DNA of 64,000 nucleotides from Phycisphaerales bacterium (GCA_027451365.1 DAIDJN010000034.1:1-64000), one strand, 5' to 3'; counted from the first letter of the stretch, positions 40,389 to 51,678 are shown. Numbers and translations are program-made. The notes: generated by a model not told the origin, from the sequence alone.

Positions 40389-41276
40389 ATGAGTCAGAGT
40401 TACGGTCTAGGGAAAACTAATTCTCCGTCAATCCGCCAACGCCTGAAGAACCAATTGGCAAGGCGAGACCAATTCGCAGACCGCGCGAGTTGGCTCGCCG
40501 ATATGTATGTTCGCGTCCTTAACTGGAAATCGTCTCTACCGCTGCCCGGCAGAAAGCACATTTTTCGGATCAGGCCCGCTGCCGTGGCCCAACCATTAAC
40601 CGTCCGGCCCAACACGACCGATTTACCCTGCTTGTGCGAAATATTTACCGCCGGCGAATACTCAGATTATGCCGAGTTTTGCCCAAAACGGGTTAGCACG
40701 GTCTTGGATTTAGGCGGCAACGTCGGAATGTCCGTCCGATTCTGGCAGGAAAAATTCCCGGACGTCAAAATCCTGGTCGTCGAACCGGACGAAGGCAATA
40801 TTGCTCAACTCATGAAGAACGTGCTTGCCGGTCCATCACCAAGCCGTGTGGAAACCGTGCAAGCCTTTGCAGCCGCAGCCGCCGGCCAGGCGGGAATTGA
40901 CCGATCCTCCGGCGAGTGGACCTTCCACATGACGGAAAATTCGCATGCCGGCGAGCCATTGGTCCCGAAAATACCAGTTGGCGTGCTAATCGAAAAACTT
41001 GCTGGCACCGCCGACCAAATAAGCCTGCTGAAATGCGACGTGGAGGGTGCGGAGGCCGAAATTTTTGCCGATTGCGGCAACTGGATAAGTAAGGTAATAT
41101 CCGCGGTTGTCGAAACTCACCCGCCCTATGGGCCGGCCCTTTTGCTTAACGATCTTCGGAAGGCCGGAGCTCGCATCAAGAGCCATAAGGTGATCGCGAA
41201 GGGCCAGGATCTAAATCTGTTGTGGGCGAGCCTTGGCGGCCCCGATACGGAAGACCATCCCGGTACGCGAACCTAG
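40389..41276 (+). CDS. FkbM-family methyltransferase
   Basis: VLDLGGNVG, VEP and LLKCDVEGAE; AGGAG SD. Confidence 0.9.
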   Translation: MSQSYGLGKTNSPSIRQRLKNQLARRDQFADRASWLADMYVRVLNWKSSLPLPGRKHIFRIRPAAVAQPLTVRPNTTDLPCLCEIFTAGEYSDYAEFCPKRVSTVLDLGGNVGMSVRFWQEKFPDVKILVVEPDEGNIAQLMKNVLAGPSPSRVETVQAFAAAAAGQAGIDRSSGEWTFHMTENSHAGEPLVPKIPVGVLIEKLAGTADQISLLKCDVEGAEAEIFADCGNWISKVISAVVETHPPYGPALLLNDLRKAGARIKSHKVIAKGQDLNLLWASLGGPDTEDHPGTRT

Positions 41277-41341
41277 GTTTAGCGTTCTAGGATCGGCACG
41301 CGATCTGGGGAAAACGAAACTAAAAGCCAAACGGAAGGTCT

Positions 41342-42253
41342 ATGCAGGAAGAATGCGCCGCATCATTGGTCATAACCACACGCAACAGGGTAGCCGAACT
41401 GGTCCGCTCGCTTGAATCCGCAATCCGACAGACCGTTCCCCTAGATATCATCCTGCTCGACGACGCCTCTTCGGACGGAACCCCCGAGATCGTAAGACGC
41501 GAGTTTCCTTCGGTCCGCCTGATCACCAACGAGCAGAGACAGGGATACATTCGATTGCGCAATATCGGTGCACAGCTTGCAAAACGCCCCATCATATTCT
41601 CGATCGACGACGACGCTGTCTTTACGGCACCCAACATCGCAGCCAAAACGCTCGACGCCTTCCGCTCGCCTAGAGTTGGTGCCGTGGCGATTCCTTTTGT
41701 TGACGTGAATATCACCCCAGAAATGCAGCAGCAATCGCCGGACCCAAATGAACCCTATGCGACGGCGTGGTACATCGGCACCGCACACGCGCTCCGCCGC
41801 GATATCTTTCTGGCCCATGGCGGATATAATGAGCTTTTTGTTCACCAGCACGAGGAGCGCGACTATTGCGCACGAATGCTCAGCGCTGGCTACGTCGTGA
41901 GGCTCGGATATTCCGAGCCCATTCACCATTTTGCGTCGCCGAAACGGGAAACCGCTCGCCAAGATTTCTACACGGCGCGAAACAATATCCTGATTCACTG
42001 GTGCAACACGCCAAGCCCGGATATCGTGTGGCGTCTCTTCCGCTCGACCGCGGGTAACCTGATCTACGGATTGCGCAACGGCCGCACGATCCAATTTGCA
42101 AAGGGCGTGCTAGCCGGCTGGCATGAAATAATCGGGGGCCAAATTCCTCGATCTCCGCTCCCAAAAGAAACCCATCGAATGTTTCGTCGCCTTGAGTCGT
42201 CGCCGACAAGATTAGCTGAAATAGAGCACCTACTGCCCCCTTTGGCCGACTAG
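41342..42253 (+). CDS. Glycosyltransferase family 2
   Basis: VITTRNR, DDASSDGT, IDDD and EERD. Confidence 0.92.
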   Translation: MQEECAASLVITTRNRVAELVRSLESAIRQTVPLDIILLDDASSDGTPEIVRREFPSVRLITNEQRQGYIRLRNIGAQLAKRPIIFSIDDDAVFTAPNIAAKTLDAFRSPRVGAVAIPFVDVNITPEMQQQSPDPNEPYATAWYIGTAHALRRDIFLAHGGYNELFVHQHEERDYCARMLSAGYVVRLGYSEPIHHFASPKRETARQDFYTARNNILIHWCNTPSPDIVWRLFRSTAGNLIYGLRNGRTIQFAKGVLAGWHEIIGGQIPRSPLPKETHRMFRRLESSPTRLAEIEHLLPPLAD

Positions 42254-42312
42254 AGATGCGAGTGATGACCGAGCGGAAAATTCCGACGACTAGGGGAACA
42301 GGCATGCAAACA

Positions 42313-43719
42313 TTAAGCCGGACCGTCATCAGGCATCCGGCCGCTTGATTCACCGTAGACTTGCGAGTCCCCCATCTCCACCGCAGGACGTTCACCGACG
42401 AACAGGCCGCGAATAGCCAACATCAACGACAAAAGTATCGCGGCAAAGATTATGGGATCAAAGGCAACAACCGAATCCCCACGAATCCAAAATGCAAGCC
42501 GTAACTGCAACGCTAATAAAATCGATGCACCGATGGGACCTGCCGTCATCATCTGCCGGTCAACCCATGCAGCCAGCACCCCAATTAAAAACCCTACGAC
42601 CAATACGACCCACGCGCCAGCCTGTGCCCAAGCCTCACCAACCCAGCCCGCAGAAATTGAGGTGTCGGTCCCGAATCCTTGGTTCTGCGCATTCTGGAAG
42701 GAGAATCCGACGGGCTTGGTCGGCCATAGGAACCTTGGAGCCGGCCCAACCGCAACCGCCTCATAAGAGCTGCCCCCCATCGCCGGATAATACTCCGGGT
42801 AACGAGAAATCGCAAAGGCGACCTCGTCTATTTCCTTGCCACCAATCGCGTCTGCGGTGTGCTCTATCGCATATTCAGCCGATCCAAAAAAAGTGGCGTG
42901 TGTAATGCCAATATTACGGTATACAAGCATACCGGCCGCTAGCAGGGGAAAAATAACCGCCACAACAGCGGCAAAGCGCCAGAACCTACCACTGGGCCAA
43001 AAAAGCCACGCCGCCGCCACCGCCCCCCCGACCAGCATCGCCAAATTGGTTCGGGTTCCAGAGGCGAGAGAGAGGACCGAAACTATTCCCAAGAAAATCG
43101 CCGTCAACGGCCGAATGCGTCCCTTAAACACTAGAAGCATGCTAGCCGCTATACCGATCAACGAAAGGTCGGCAAAAACCCTTGCCAGCGCAAAGGTCCC
43201 ACCGAACTCGTTGATCTGGCTGAACGCGTCCGCCGACCAGCCGCCATGGACATTCCGTGATTCTAGAAAATAATGGATGATCAACAATGGGTTATTAATG
43301 CCGGTAGCAACCACCGGCACGAACCAGAGGACAAAGAAAACAAGGCACCAGCGGTCCAACGACGCCCAATCCCTAACCCGATCGTCAAAGAACCGAATGA
43401 TTCGGGAAGGCCCCATATAAGCCCGGCCGACGCGGGAACCCACGACCATTGAGATCGTGCCCAAGCCGAGGAACAGCAGGGCCTCGCCCATCGTACTGGA
43501 GGAGACGGAACTGGAATAATAGCCGCGACCGAGCATCAACCTAATGGACGGGCAGCCGCTTGCGATCCATTCCAAAATACCGGGCACGAAGATCACCGTG
43601 GTCCCCGCGAGAATAAACCCGAGTGTGGGTAAAGCTCGAGTTGACCGCGTCGCAGCGACGACCGCCGACCCAAGCAACCAGAGGGACAACGCGAAGATTA
43701 TCAGCCCAATAGCTACCAT
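42313..43719 (-). CDS. Putative Wzy-type polysaccharide polymerase
   Basis: About 10 TM segments, SGTR motif, periplasmic loop ending APRFLWPTKP. Confidence 0.8.
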   Translation of the reverse strand: MVAIGLIIFALSLWLLGSAVVAATRSTRALPTLGFILAGTTVIFVPGILEWIASGCPSIRLMLGRGYYSSSVSSSTMGEALLFLGLGTISMVVGSRVGRAYMGPSRIIRFFDDRVRDWASLDRWCLVFFVLWFVPVVATGINNPLLIIHYFLESRNVHGGWSADAFSQINEFGGTFALARVFADLSLIGIAASMLLVFKGRIRPLTAIFLGIVSVLSLASGTRTNLAMLVGGAVAAAWLFWPSGRFWRFAAVVAVIFPLLAAGMLVYRNIGITHATFFGSAEYAIEHTADAIGGKEIDEVAFAISRYPEYYPAMGGSSYEAVAVGPAPRFLWPTKPVGFSFQNAQNQGFGTDTSISAGWVGEAWAQAGAWVVLVVGFLIGVLAAWVDRQMMTAGPIGASILLALQLRLAFWIRGDSVVAFDPIIFAAILLSLMLAIRGLFVGERPAVEMGDSQVYGESSGRMPDDGPA

Positions 43720-43993
43720 TTCCGAATGAACCCTTTCCGATCCGCCCGACAGAACGCGCCGCAACGAACATCCCTCTTATCGTCGGCCCGGGGATAGAAC
43801 CATGACTAGCATTCTAATGACCGACCAGACAGGTGTAAACTTGGCCGCCGCGCCAAGAAAAATCGATCGGGAAACAACACTCAATTCTCACGATTCAAAC
43901 CCCGGGCACAGAGGCAGAAAAGCACGGAAAAACAGGCTTGTCGCAGCGGCCCGCGAGCCTAGACCCGCATCAACCCAGATTAAATCGAAGCGG

Positions 43994-45199
43994 CTAGCCA
44001 GGCCTCGTCAGATTCATACCAGAATGCACCCGGCCAGTCCCATAACCCGTTATCGCTGTAGCCACGTTCCCGGAGACCAACGTTCCCCTTGCCCCGCCAA
44101 CGACTATTGATGCATCGCCCAGCGCCGCAATATTCCCTTCCACAATGTTATCAAGCCCCTCCCAAAGGTTGACCGCGCAATACCCCGGTGCGGCACCAAG
44201 TATCGTATTGCCCGCAATGATATTCCGCTGACAAGGCATGTCATTCGTGCGGACACCGAATCCACCATTGGCACGAAGAAAATTACCGCTAACATGATTG
44301 TCCGTACAGCACTCCTCCATAGCCACGCTGTGGATGTTGCACCGCTCCACCTGGCAGCATCGAGAACTGTTTAACGAAACCCCAGCGAAGCCTGAGCTGT
44401 AAACCTTCTCAACACGCGAGCACATGCACCCGGTCACGGTAATTCCGCCACGCCCGCCCAGCTCCGGCTCACGAAGAACAGTGATGTCGTTAATGCTTGC
44501 AAGAAGGGCGTAGTAAACCATAACGCTGCAATCGGCTCTCGCATCCACGAAGTCAATGGCAAAATTAGCCACCGTCACACTGCGTGCCGGAACGCCCATC
44601 CTCCGAATGTGCAGATACCGCTCGCCCGCGACCGCCCCCGTCGGGACAACATTTCCGTAATCATTTGCCCCAATCACGGGCCTCTTCAGGGTAACGATCG
44701 TCCGGCCGCGCTCAAGTCCGACCCGGGCCACCTCCACCAATTCACAAGGGGCTAATTCACGGAAAATGTTAGGCGAGAGCGTACCGCCCATCTTGGCCTC
44801 GACAAGCCCGGCACCGCCGCGTCCGTTGCAAAGAAAAAGCGACTCGCCCGGTGCAATCGCATGGGATCCGGAAAGCGTAATGGTATCTGCCGTCACCGGC
44901 TCAACGGGGTAAAGCCAGGGCGTCCTGAATTGCGGCATGACCCAGATGGTGTCCCCACCACCCGCCTGACCATGAAAATGAAAGTCGTGTGCTACGACGC
45001 TTCTTACGCCCTCACCGACGAGGGAGACGCCTACGCCGGCCACCGTCAGGGCTGCGGTCGTCCGGTATCGACCAGCTGGCAAAAAAACGCCGGTGAAGAT
45101 GCCGCTCGCGGCCGCATCAAGGGCCTTCTGAATGACCGCCGTATCGTCGTGAATCCCATCGCCGAATGCCCCAGCTAGCCTCGCGTCAACCATTGCCAT
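43994..45199 (-). CDS. Right-handed beta-helix protein (pectate-lyase-3-like N-terminus)
   Basis: GAFGDGIHDDTAVIQKALD...FLPAGRY; N-x-I/V-x-G-N repeats at the C-terminus. Confidence 0.82.
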   Translation of the reverse strand: MAMVDARLAGAFGDGIHDDTAVIQKALDAAASGIFTGVFLPAGRYRTTAALTVAGVGVSLVGEGVRSVVAHDFHFHGQAGGGDTIWVMPQFRTPWLYPVEPVTADTITLSGSHAIAPGESLFLCNGRGGAGLVEAKMGGTLSPNIFRELAPCELVEVARVGLERGRTIVTLKRPVIGANDYGNVVPTGAVAGERYLHIRRMGVPARSVTVANFAIDFVDARADCSVMVYYALLASINDITVLREPELGGRGGITVTGCMCSRVEKVYSSGFAGVSLNSSRCCQVERCNIHSVAMEECCTDNHVSGNFLRANGGFGVRTNDMPCQRNIIAGNTILGAAPGYCAVNLWEGLDNIVEGNIAALGDASIVVGGARGTLVSGNVATAITGYGTGRVHSGMNLTRPG

Positions 45200-45415
45200 C
45201 GTAGTTCAACTCCGTTAAGCACCGGCCCGGCCATCGCCAGGAACCAAAATGCATTATACCGCTGATAACGCCAGTGCGCACGGCGCGGCATTTGGGTTAA
45301 GACCGTATTGATAACGCAACTTATTTTTGGCGGCCTTGACCTCCTAGAAAGCATTATGCCCAATTGCTCCACCGCGGACGAGGTGGCAATGTCAATATAA
45401 AAGATGGCCGAAAAA

Positions 45416-47296
45416 TCAAGAAAAGCGGCGGCGGAACACAAACACGGAAATTCCAGCCAGAAATGCGGCGGCGGCAGGCTCGGGCACAGTCTGAATCGCT
45501 CCAATGCTGTCACCCGTAATGGGGCGGATATTGCCATATATATCGTACATGACATATTGCGATGTCGATGGGTCAAATGCGTAAGCCGCCACAGAACCGG
45601 GCAGAAGTGAATAATTCCCGGAGGATGTATCTGAAAAGTCGGGCTGGCCGGAAAGATTGCCAGTGGTAATAGAAGTCGGGACCGAAGTCGCAACTGGCCC
45701 GCTTAGCCCAGGCTGCCAATAGACAATCTCTAATTTACCCGTTCCGCCGCTTGACGAAAAAAGGTTGGAAAGGGCCTGAACGTTCGGCGTCGCTGTGCCA
45801 TTGCCCTCCACGAAGAAGAGCGTGCCAGGTGCGCTCAAAACATTGCCGTAGATTTGTGTCCCCGTCGTGGCGCTACCCAGTCCTATCGCCGGGGCAAGCA
45901 AACCCGCTGCGGGGTCAACGACGACGGTGTTAAATCGGATTATATTCCCAGTTCCGTTATCCACGATCGCCCCATTATTTCCAGCCTCCCAGTTCGGTGC
46001 AGCCCCGGTCACCAGATTGTTCTGGATAATGTTGCCCGATCCGTTGGCCTGAATTTGAGCGGAGGGCCCGGTAAGGGTAACACCATCCACTGTGGTGTTA
46101 CCGTAGGTAACAACGCCGCCGTTCGTTATGTTGCCGCCCTGAACTGTAAGTTTGCCTGCGCCTGCGACAATTCCCGATATGGCGGCCGCCATTCCATTTG
46201 CGGATATCTGCATATTCTTGACCAGCACGCTAGATATTGGCGTCGGGTCCGATGCACTGGGCACTGAATGTGTATAAAACGCGGGATAGCTGCCATTCAG
46301 GTTTGTAGCAACGTCGTTAACCCACTGGGACGTATCATTCGACGAGTTAAAATCGGAATAAGCCACATAAGCCGTCGCGCCTCCGTAACCCTGGTCCGGC
46401 ATCAGGTAGCTCGCGTTAAGCCCTCTCCCGACAAATCCGGTTGTATCAATCGCAGCGAACGCGTGTTTGCCCGCACCCGAGACGCTCGAATTCAGCAATT
46501 GAACATTACTGCCGCCGAAAACCGAAATTCCGTAGCCACTGTTATACGCGGCGGACTCCCGAACCGAGAGGTTCTGAAGCACAAGATTGCTCTGGCCATT
46601 AGTAAAAACGACGCCCGAAGCGTATGGATTTGCGCCTCCCCCCACGACCGTCGCTGTCAACGCCCCAATCGCCAAGCTACCGACGGCTTGGCCAGCGTTA
46701 ACGTACAGGCCAGGTTCGGCTGAACCGGCATCGTAATACCATGACCCCGAATTCGATTCGACATAAGAGACGGGATCCGTCGCACCGGCGTCGAGGGCGG
46801 CGCTTTTAAGAAAATCGTGATTCAGGAAAACAGCGGTGGCCGGCGCGCCCGCAGCGGCAGCTTTGGAATAGGTTGACCAAGTCGCCTGTAATGCGGCTGA
46901 TGAAATAAAATAGGTACCGCTCGCACCGCCCACGCCCTGAAAACTCGAACTGCCCAGCGGAATGCTGCCCCAGATCGTGGGATCCGCCCCGGAACCGTAG
47001 TTACTGAACGTGATCGGTGCCGAAACAGTTCCCGAGGAATTAATGACCAATTGCTGCCCATACCAGTTGCTACCGTCGGCCAACAGAACGGAATCCCCAG
47101 GCTGAAATGCCGAGGAGTCTACCTTCGTAAGGCTCTGCCAGGCCGCATTCGGCGCGGTGCCGCTATTAGAATCGTTGCCCGCAGCTGAATTGACATAATA
47201 GGTCGTCGCCTGAACGGTCGCTGTTGTTAGCGCCATCGCTATGCCCGAAAGGGCAGCTCGAATTAATTTCCCCTTTTTCGGGTTATAAGCCTTCAT
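45416..47296 (-). CDS. Secreted beta-helix protein with PEP-CTERM
   Basis: Signal peptide, TTYYVNSAAGNDSNSG...PGDSV, and VPEPAAAAFLAGISVFVFRRR. Confidence 0.9.
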   Translation of the reverse strand: MKAYNPKKGKLIRAALSGIAMALTTATVQATTYYVNSAAGNDSNSGTAPNAAWQSLTKVDSSAFQPGDSVLLADGSNWYGQQLVINSSGTVSAPITFSNYGSGADPTIWGSIPLGSSSFQGVGGASGTYFISSAALQATWSTYSKAAAAGAPATAVFLNHDFLKSAALDAGATDPVSYVESNSGSWYYDAGSAEPGLYVNAGQAVGSLAIGALTATVVGGGANPYASGVVFTNGQSNLVLQNLSVRESAAYNSGYGISVFGGSNVQLLNSSVSGAGKHAFAAIDTTGFVGRGLNASYLMPDQGYGGATAYVAYSDFNSSNDTSQWVNDVATNLNGSYPAFYTHSVPSASDPTPISSVLVKNMQISANGMAAAISGIVAGAGKLTVQGGNITNGGVVTYGNTTVDGVTLTGPSAQIQANGSGNIIQNNLVTGAAPNWEAGNNGAIVDNGTGNIIRFNTVVVDPAAGLLAPAIGLGSATTGTQIYGNVLSAPGTLFFVEGNGTATPNVQALSNLFSSSGGTGKLEIVYWQPGLSGPVATSVPTSITTGNLSGQPDFSDTSSGNYSLLPGSVAAYAFDPSTSQYVMYDIYGNIRPITGDSIGAIQTVPEPAAAAFLAGISVFVFRRRFS

Positions 47297-47768
47297 ATAT
47301 TTCCCTCAAAATGCTAAATTATTTCAATCGCAAGTGCCCGGATACCGACCGATTCGGTCGTGACGAACCGCACCATTTTGAGCGAGACCGTCGATGATGT
47401 CAACTAAAATCCGCCACTAATTTATAGGCCCGTACAGAACCTAAATAAAACCGGACAGAAAATGCTCGAACGGTGAGGCAATCGTCCGCAATTTTCGAAG
47501 CCGCACAGCTTTTCCTACAATGCCCGCGTCGCGGCTGGAACCGTCCACTACAGCCCCCGGAGACAGCCTGCGTTTTTCCTGCGATGGGAGAAGCGCAGGC
47601 CAGCCGCGAACCTATAAGATAAACCGCCGGAGCATCTGGCGGGGCAGGCTTTGTAGGCGGTCGTTGCGCAATGGTTGGGAACGAGGGCCGCTGGCCTCGG
47701 CCGGGGCCGCAAGGGATCAAAATATTGCCCGACCATCCGTTTCGCAATCGCGAACACAGTGTGCCATT

Positions 47769-48920
47769 TTAGTATGAGAACGTAACTGACTGGTATAACG
47801 CTTCCAGCCGTTCCGCAGCGGCCTCCCAGGTAAATTGGCTAGAAACCAACTGCCTGCCGTTAGCCCCCATCCTCAGGCGTTCAGCGCGATCGCCTATAAG
47901 CCGCGACACAGCCGCAACAAACGAATCCATATTCCCGTCTTCAATGATCACTCCGCCATCACATTGCTCCACCTCGTCAAAATTGCACTCACGCGTAATT
48001 ACGACGGGTAACCCCGCACCCATCGCCTCAGTTATTGCCATAGAGAATCCCTCCTGAAACGAGGGCAGAACGAAAATATCCGAATCCACCAGGGCCTGCC
48101 ATTTCGCGATCCCAGAAACCTGCCCGACCAGAAAGACTGAGTTCTGCAGCCCGAGTTCCCTTACCAGCCCACCAACCTGCTCCAAATAGCCGGGCTCACC
48201 AGTCCCGGCGATCACCAGCGCGGCGGTCGGATGCAGGCCAAGCAGCTTTGGCCAAGAGGCCAAGAGGCGTTCCAAGCCTTTTTTGGGATGCAGTCGACTC
48301 ATGAAGAACACAATTGGTCGCCCCGGATCGCCGAGCAATTCCGCATTCTGCGCACGCCAGGCACCGCGATCCGGCAGACTCTCCAGCATCGCCCTAGGCA
48401 CGCCATTTCCGATGATCACGTTTCGGGTTTTTTTTAATAACGGAGAGCAGCGAACTTCGGCATTATTAAGACAATGCACGGCCGCCGCGCCGCGCAACAT
48501 TGCGGAATCCCACAGAAACCAGGCCAAATCCTTGGCCCACCGCCTCCCCATCTTCAGACTCGCGGCGTCTAACATTCCGTGGGGTGCGACGCAATAAGGA
48601 ACCCGCCGCCTTTTGGCCACCGCCGCCGCGTAATGGCCGGGGTGCTGCCAGACCCCGTGGATGTGGACAACATTAAATTGTCGAATGTTGTGCACCAAAT
48701 AGCCACGCAGCGAGCGACTGGGCAGAAGCGATGACTCGCGGTCCGGCAGGAATCTCGACACGTTGACGCCGCTCGGCGATAACAGCGTCCCGCCTCGGTC
48801 CAGACAGCAAACCGAGATTTCATGGCCGCGAGAGGCCAGCGACTCCGTCATACCACAAACCGCGGTCGCCACACCTCCGCTCTCAAGCCGCATATCAGAA
48901 ATTACGTGAAGTATCTTCAA
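47769..48920 (-). CDS. Glycosyltransferase family 4
   Basis: MKILHVI, PHGML, SRLHPKKG and EGFSMAITEAM. Confidence 0.94.
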   Translation of the reverse strand: MKILHVISDMRLESGGVATAVCGMTESLASRGHEISVCCLDRGGTLLSPSGVNVSRFLPDRESSLLPSRSLRGYLVHNIRQFNVVHIHGVWQHPGHYAAAVAKRRRVPYCVAPHGMLDAASLKMGRRWAKDLAWFLWDSAMLRGAAAVHCLNNAEVRCSPLLKKTRNVIIGNGVPRAMLESLPDRGAWRAQNAELLGDPGRPIVFFMSRLHPKKGLERLLASWPKLLGLHPTAALVIAGTGEPGYLEQVGGLVRELGLQNSVFLVGQVSGIAKWQALVDSDIFVLPSFQEGFSMAITEAMGAGLPVVITRECNFDEVEQCDGGVIIEDGNMDSFVAAVSRLIGDRAERLRMGANGRQLVSSQFTWEAAAERLEALYQSVTFSY

Positions 48921-49250
48921 ATGATTGTCTCCTCAACGCGCCCTGAAAACCGTGACTGTCGACCTCGCAAGCCCGCTGGCTACCCCCCCCAACGTTTGCA
49001 GGAAGAATATTGCCACGCCCCAATATTAACAAGCGCCACCGCGCCATTTTCAGTTTCCGCCAGTCGATATTGGAAGCCGGGATCCAAGCTCTCAATCGAT
49101 TAAAGCGGCAAAGGCCTCCTAAGTGGCCCAGCTCGCCCCGATCCGTGGCCAGCCCTGACCGGTCGTCTAAGCCAATTCGCCAACCGACCGTTTGCTAACC
49201 TGTCGGATTTAAATTAGATTAAGCTGTCGGAGACGACCGGAGCGAATCGA

Positions 49251-50489
49251 ATGCACCTGAGCCTAACCGAACCCCGATCTGTCGACGCAGAGAACCTTGC
49301 CCCGCAAATTATTTGGATACAAAATTCAGTCGAGCATTATTTCTGCGCGATGATTGACCTTATCAACCGCCAAATGTCCGAAATACGATTCCATGCCGTT
49401 TTCCTATGCGAGCGGCCCGCCAACCCAACCGCGGAAAACCTGCCAAAGGAATCGACGTACACCTTTATGCCCGCAAATCTACAACGAGGGCCCATTGAAA
49501 AGGGGCCAATCGGTAAAATTCCTTTCACCGCCGCGATCATCGGGGGCTACAATACACGTTTCAAACTACGATTCGTCGGATATTGCAACAAGAAAGGTCG
49601 ACCGGCTATCCTTTTCGCCGACAGCAACATCCGCTCCGACCGAGGTAAATCGATAGTAAAGAAACTCAAACGCGGTGCAAAAAAGGCGTTTCTATCGCGC
49701 CTTCAACCGAAGCTCGCCACGGTCATCACGTGCAATCGGTACGGCGCGGCATATTGGAGGTATTACGGCGCAAACAGGGACCGGATATGCCGCAGCACCT
49801 ATTTTTGCGATATAGAGAAAATCTCCACGGCGGTAAAATCAAACGGGAACGAATTGCGTCTCCGTTATGGAATTTCACCAACTGGCCGACTCATATTTAC
49901 CGCCGCCCGGCTCGTCCCCGTTAAGGCATTAAATCTCATGATTCGGGCGTTCGCAAGCCTCCGACTTGGCGAGACAGGTTGGATTTGGGCCGTCGCCGGC
50001 ACCGGCCCTTTGCGCGATGAACTCACCCGCCAAGCCCGCAAATCAGCCGGTGATGCCATTAAATTTCTTGGATTTGTGCCGCCTGATGACGTCAAGGCGA
50101 TCGCCGCCAATAGCGAATTATTTGTATTGCCATCCACCTACGAGCCGCACGGCATTGTCGTCTCGGAGGCAATGGCCGTTGGAACGCCGGTGATAGCCTC
50201 GGACGTATGCGGTGCCGCGGGCGACCTTGTGGTGCCCGGAAAAACCGGTTGGATATTCAAAAGCGGCTCAACTGAAAGCCTCGGCGATGCACTCGCCACC
50301 GCGACATCCTCGCGCGATCGTTTGCGAGCGATGCGTCCAGACTGCCAGCAGCTTTTCGCCCACTGGTACGACCTTTATTGCCCCGAGCGGCGGATACCGG
50401 AGGCCCTCGCCAAGGCGCTCCGGCACGAAGCGACTAGGGCTGGCTCGTCCGGTCCACCGCGAGCGCAGGGCGGTCCTCCGGTGTTATAG
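49251..50489 (+). CDS. Glycosyltransferase family 4
   Basis: ARLVPVK and EPHGIVVSEAMA. Confidence 0.9.
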   Translation: MHLSLTEPRSVDAENLAPQIIWIQNSVEHYFCAMIDLINRQMSEIRFHAVFLCERPANPTAENLPKESTYTFMPANLQRGPIEKGPIGKIPFTAAIIGGYNTRFKLRFVGYCNKKGRPAILFADSNIRSDRGKSIVKKLKRGAKKAFLSRLQPKLATVITCNRYGAAYWRYYGANRDRICRSTYFCDIEKISTAVKSNGNELRLRYGISPTGRLIFTAARLVPVKALNLMIRAFASLRLGETGWIWAVAGTGPLRDELTRQARKSAGDAIKFLGFVPPDDVKAIAANSELFVLPSTYEPHGIVVSEAMAVGTPVIASDVCGAAGDLVVPGKTGWIFKSGSTESLGDALATATSSRDRLRAMRPDCQQLFAHWYDLYCPERRIPEALAKALRHEATRAGSSGPPRAQGGPPVL

Positions 50490-50594
50490 CCGGGAAAACA
50501 GCGCGCCCCTGGTTTAGGTATGCGGACAGCGAGGTTTACCGAAACGTCGACCGCCGGTTAGAATTGCAAACGGATTAAAGAAAGGCACATTATA

Positions 50595-51614
50595 ATGGAA
50601 GCCAGCAGCGAAAAGCGTACGACGGCTGGACAACGGCGGGTCGTCGCGGTGGTCGGGGCACCGCGCAGCGGCACAAGCGCGATGGCACACGCGCTGGAAT
50701 GCCTCGGCGTGGACATGGGGGACCCGCGGCTACACCGTCCAGCGGACAAAGAAAACGAGAGGGGGTTCTGGGAAGATCAACGCATAATCGACCTATGCTC
50801 TAGGCTATTAGCTAGCCAAGGACTCAATTGGAATAGCCTGAGACTCGTCTCCGCATCGGACTGGCTCGCCCCGGGAACATCGGCTCTTTTATCCCAGGTG
50901 ACCGAACTCGTGACAGAATGCGTTTCTCACGCGCGCGGAGGCATCTGGGGATGCAAGAACCCACAAATGTCACGAACAATTGCCGTCTGGGCAGAGGCCT
51001 TTCGCCGAGCGGATTGCCGAGCCTCCTATGTCGTGGCGATCCGCAACCCATTGAGCTTCGCAGCCTCGGTTACACGCGGCAGCCCACATTTTGGTACTGG
51101 CGAGGCACCCACCCACCTGTATCTGACCTGGCTGGTCTACACGCTTGGATCGCTCGAACCGGCTATTGGCGGCGACAGGGCGGTATTGGTGGATTACGAC
51201 AACCTGGTGGCGAACCCGCGTTCGCAATTAGCTAGAATATCCCGCGATCTGGACCTGCCTATCACCTCTGCTAACGCCCTAGCCGTCAATACCTTCTGCG
51301 CCGATTTCATGGAAAAAGGCCTCCGGCACGCATCCTTCAAGAAAGACGACCTTTATTCTGATGCGAAAGTCCCGACAATTGTAGAGGCCGCCTATCGATT
51401 ACTCTCGTCAGCGGCCGCAGATAATCCATCGCTATTCAGCGATGAGTTTCGCGACCAATGGAACGAAATAGCGGCGACGGCTAGGGCGAGCAATGCGACC
51501 TTCAGCCTCATTGATCAAATGGAGGGGCAGTTGCTTAGGTCACGTGCACTTGGACGATTCATTTACCGCAATTCTCCGCAACTGTTGCGACGGTGGCTGG
51601 CCCGGTTCGCATAG
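50595..51614 (+). CDS. Sulfotransferase-family protein
   Basis: VGAPRSGTS (5'-PSB-like), NERGFWED, KNP, RNPLS and YDNLVANP. Confidence 0.85.
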   Translation: MEASSEKRTTAGQRRVVAVVGAPRSGTSAMAHALECLGVDMGDPRLHRPADKENERGFWEDQRIIDLCSRLLASQGLNWNSLRLVSASDWLAPGTSALLSQVTELVTECVSHARGGIWGCKNPQMSRTIAVWAEAFRRADCRASYVVAIRNPLSFAASVTRGSPHFGTGEAPTHLYLTWLVYTLGSLEPAIGGDRAVLVDYDNLVANPRSQLARISRDLDLPITSANALAVNTFCADFMEKGLRHASFKKDDLYSDAKVPTIVEAAYRLLSSAAADNPSLFSDEFRDQWNEIAATARASNATFSLIDQMEGQLLRSRALGRFIYRNSPQLLRRWLARFA

Positions 51615-51678
51615 GGGCGGAAAAGGTGTAATCCAATGAAGACAAATGGCATAAAAGGGCAACAGGAGGCCCCGCATT

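Noticed and set aside
47325..47400. c-di-GMP-II riboswitch (GGGCACTTG, minus strand)
   Set aside because: The downstream GTAGTGCAACC partner is absent.
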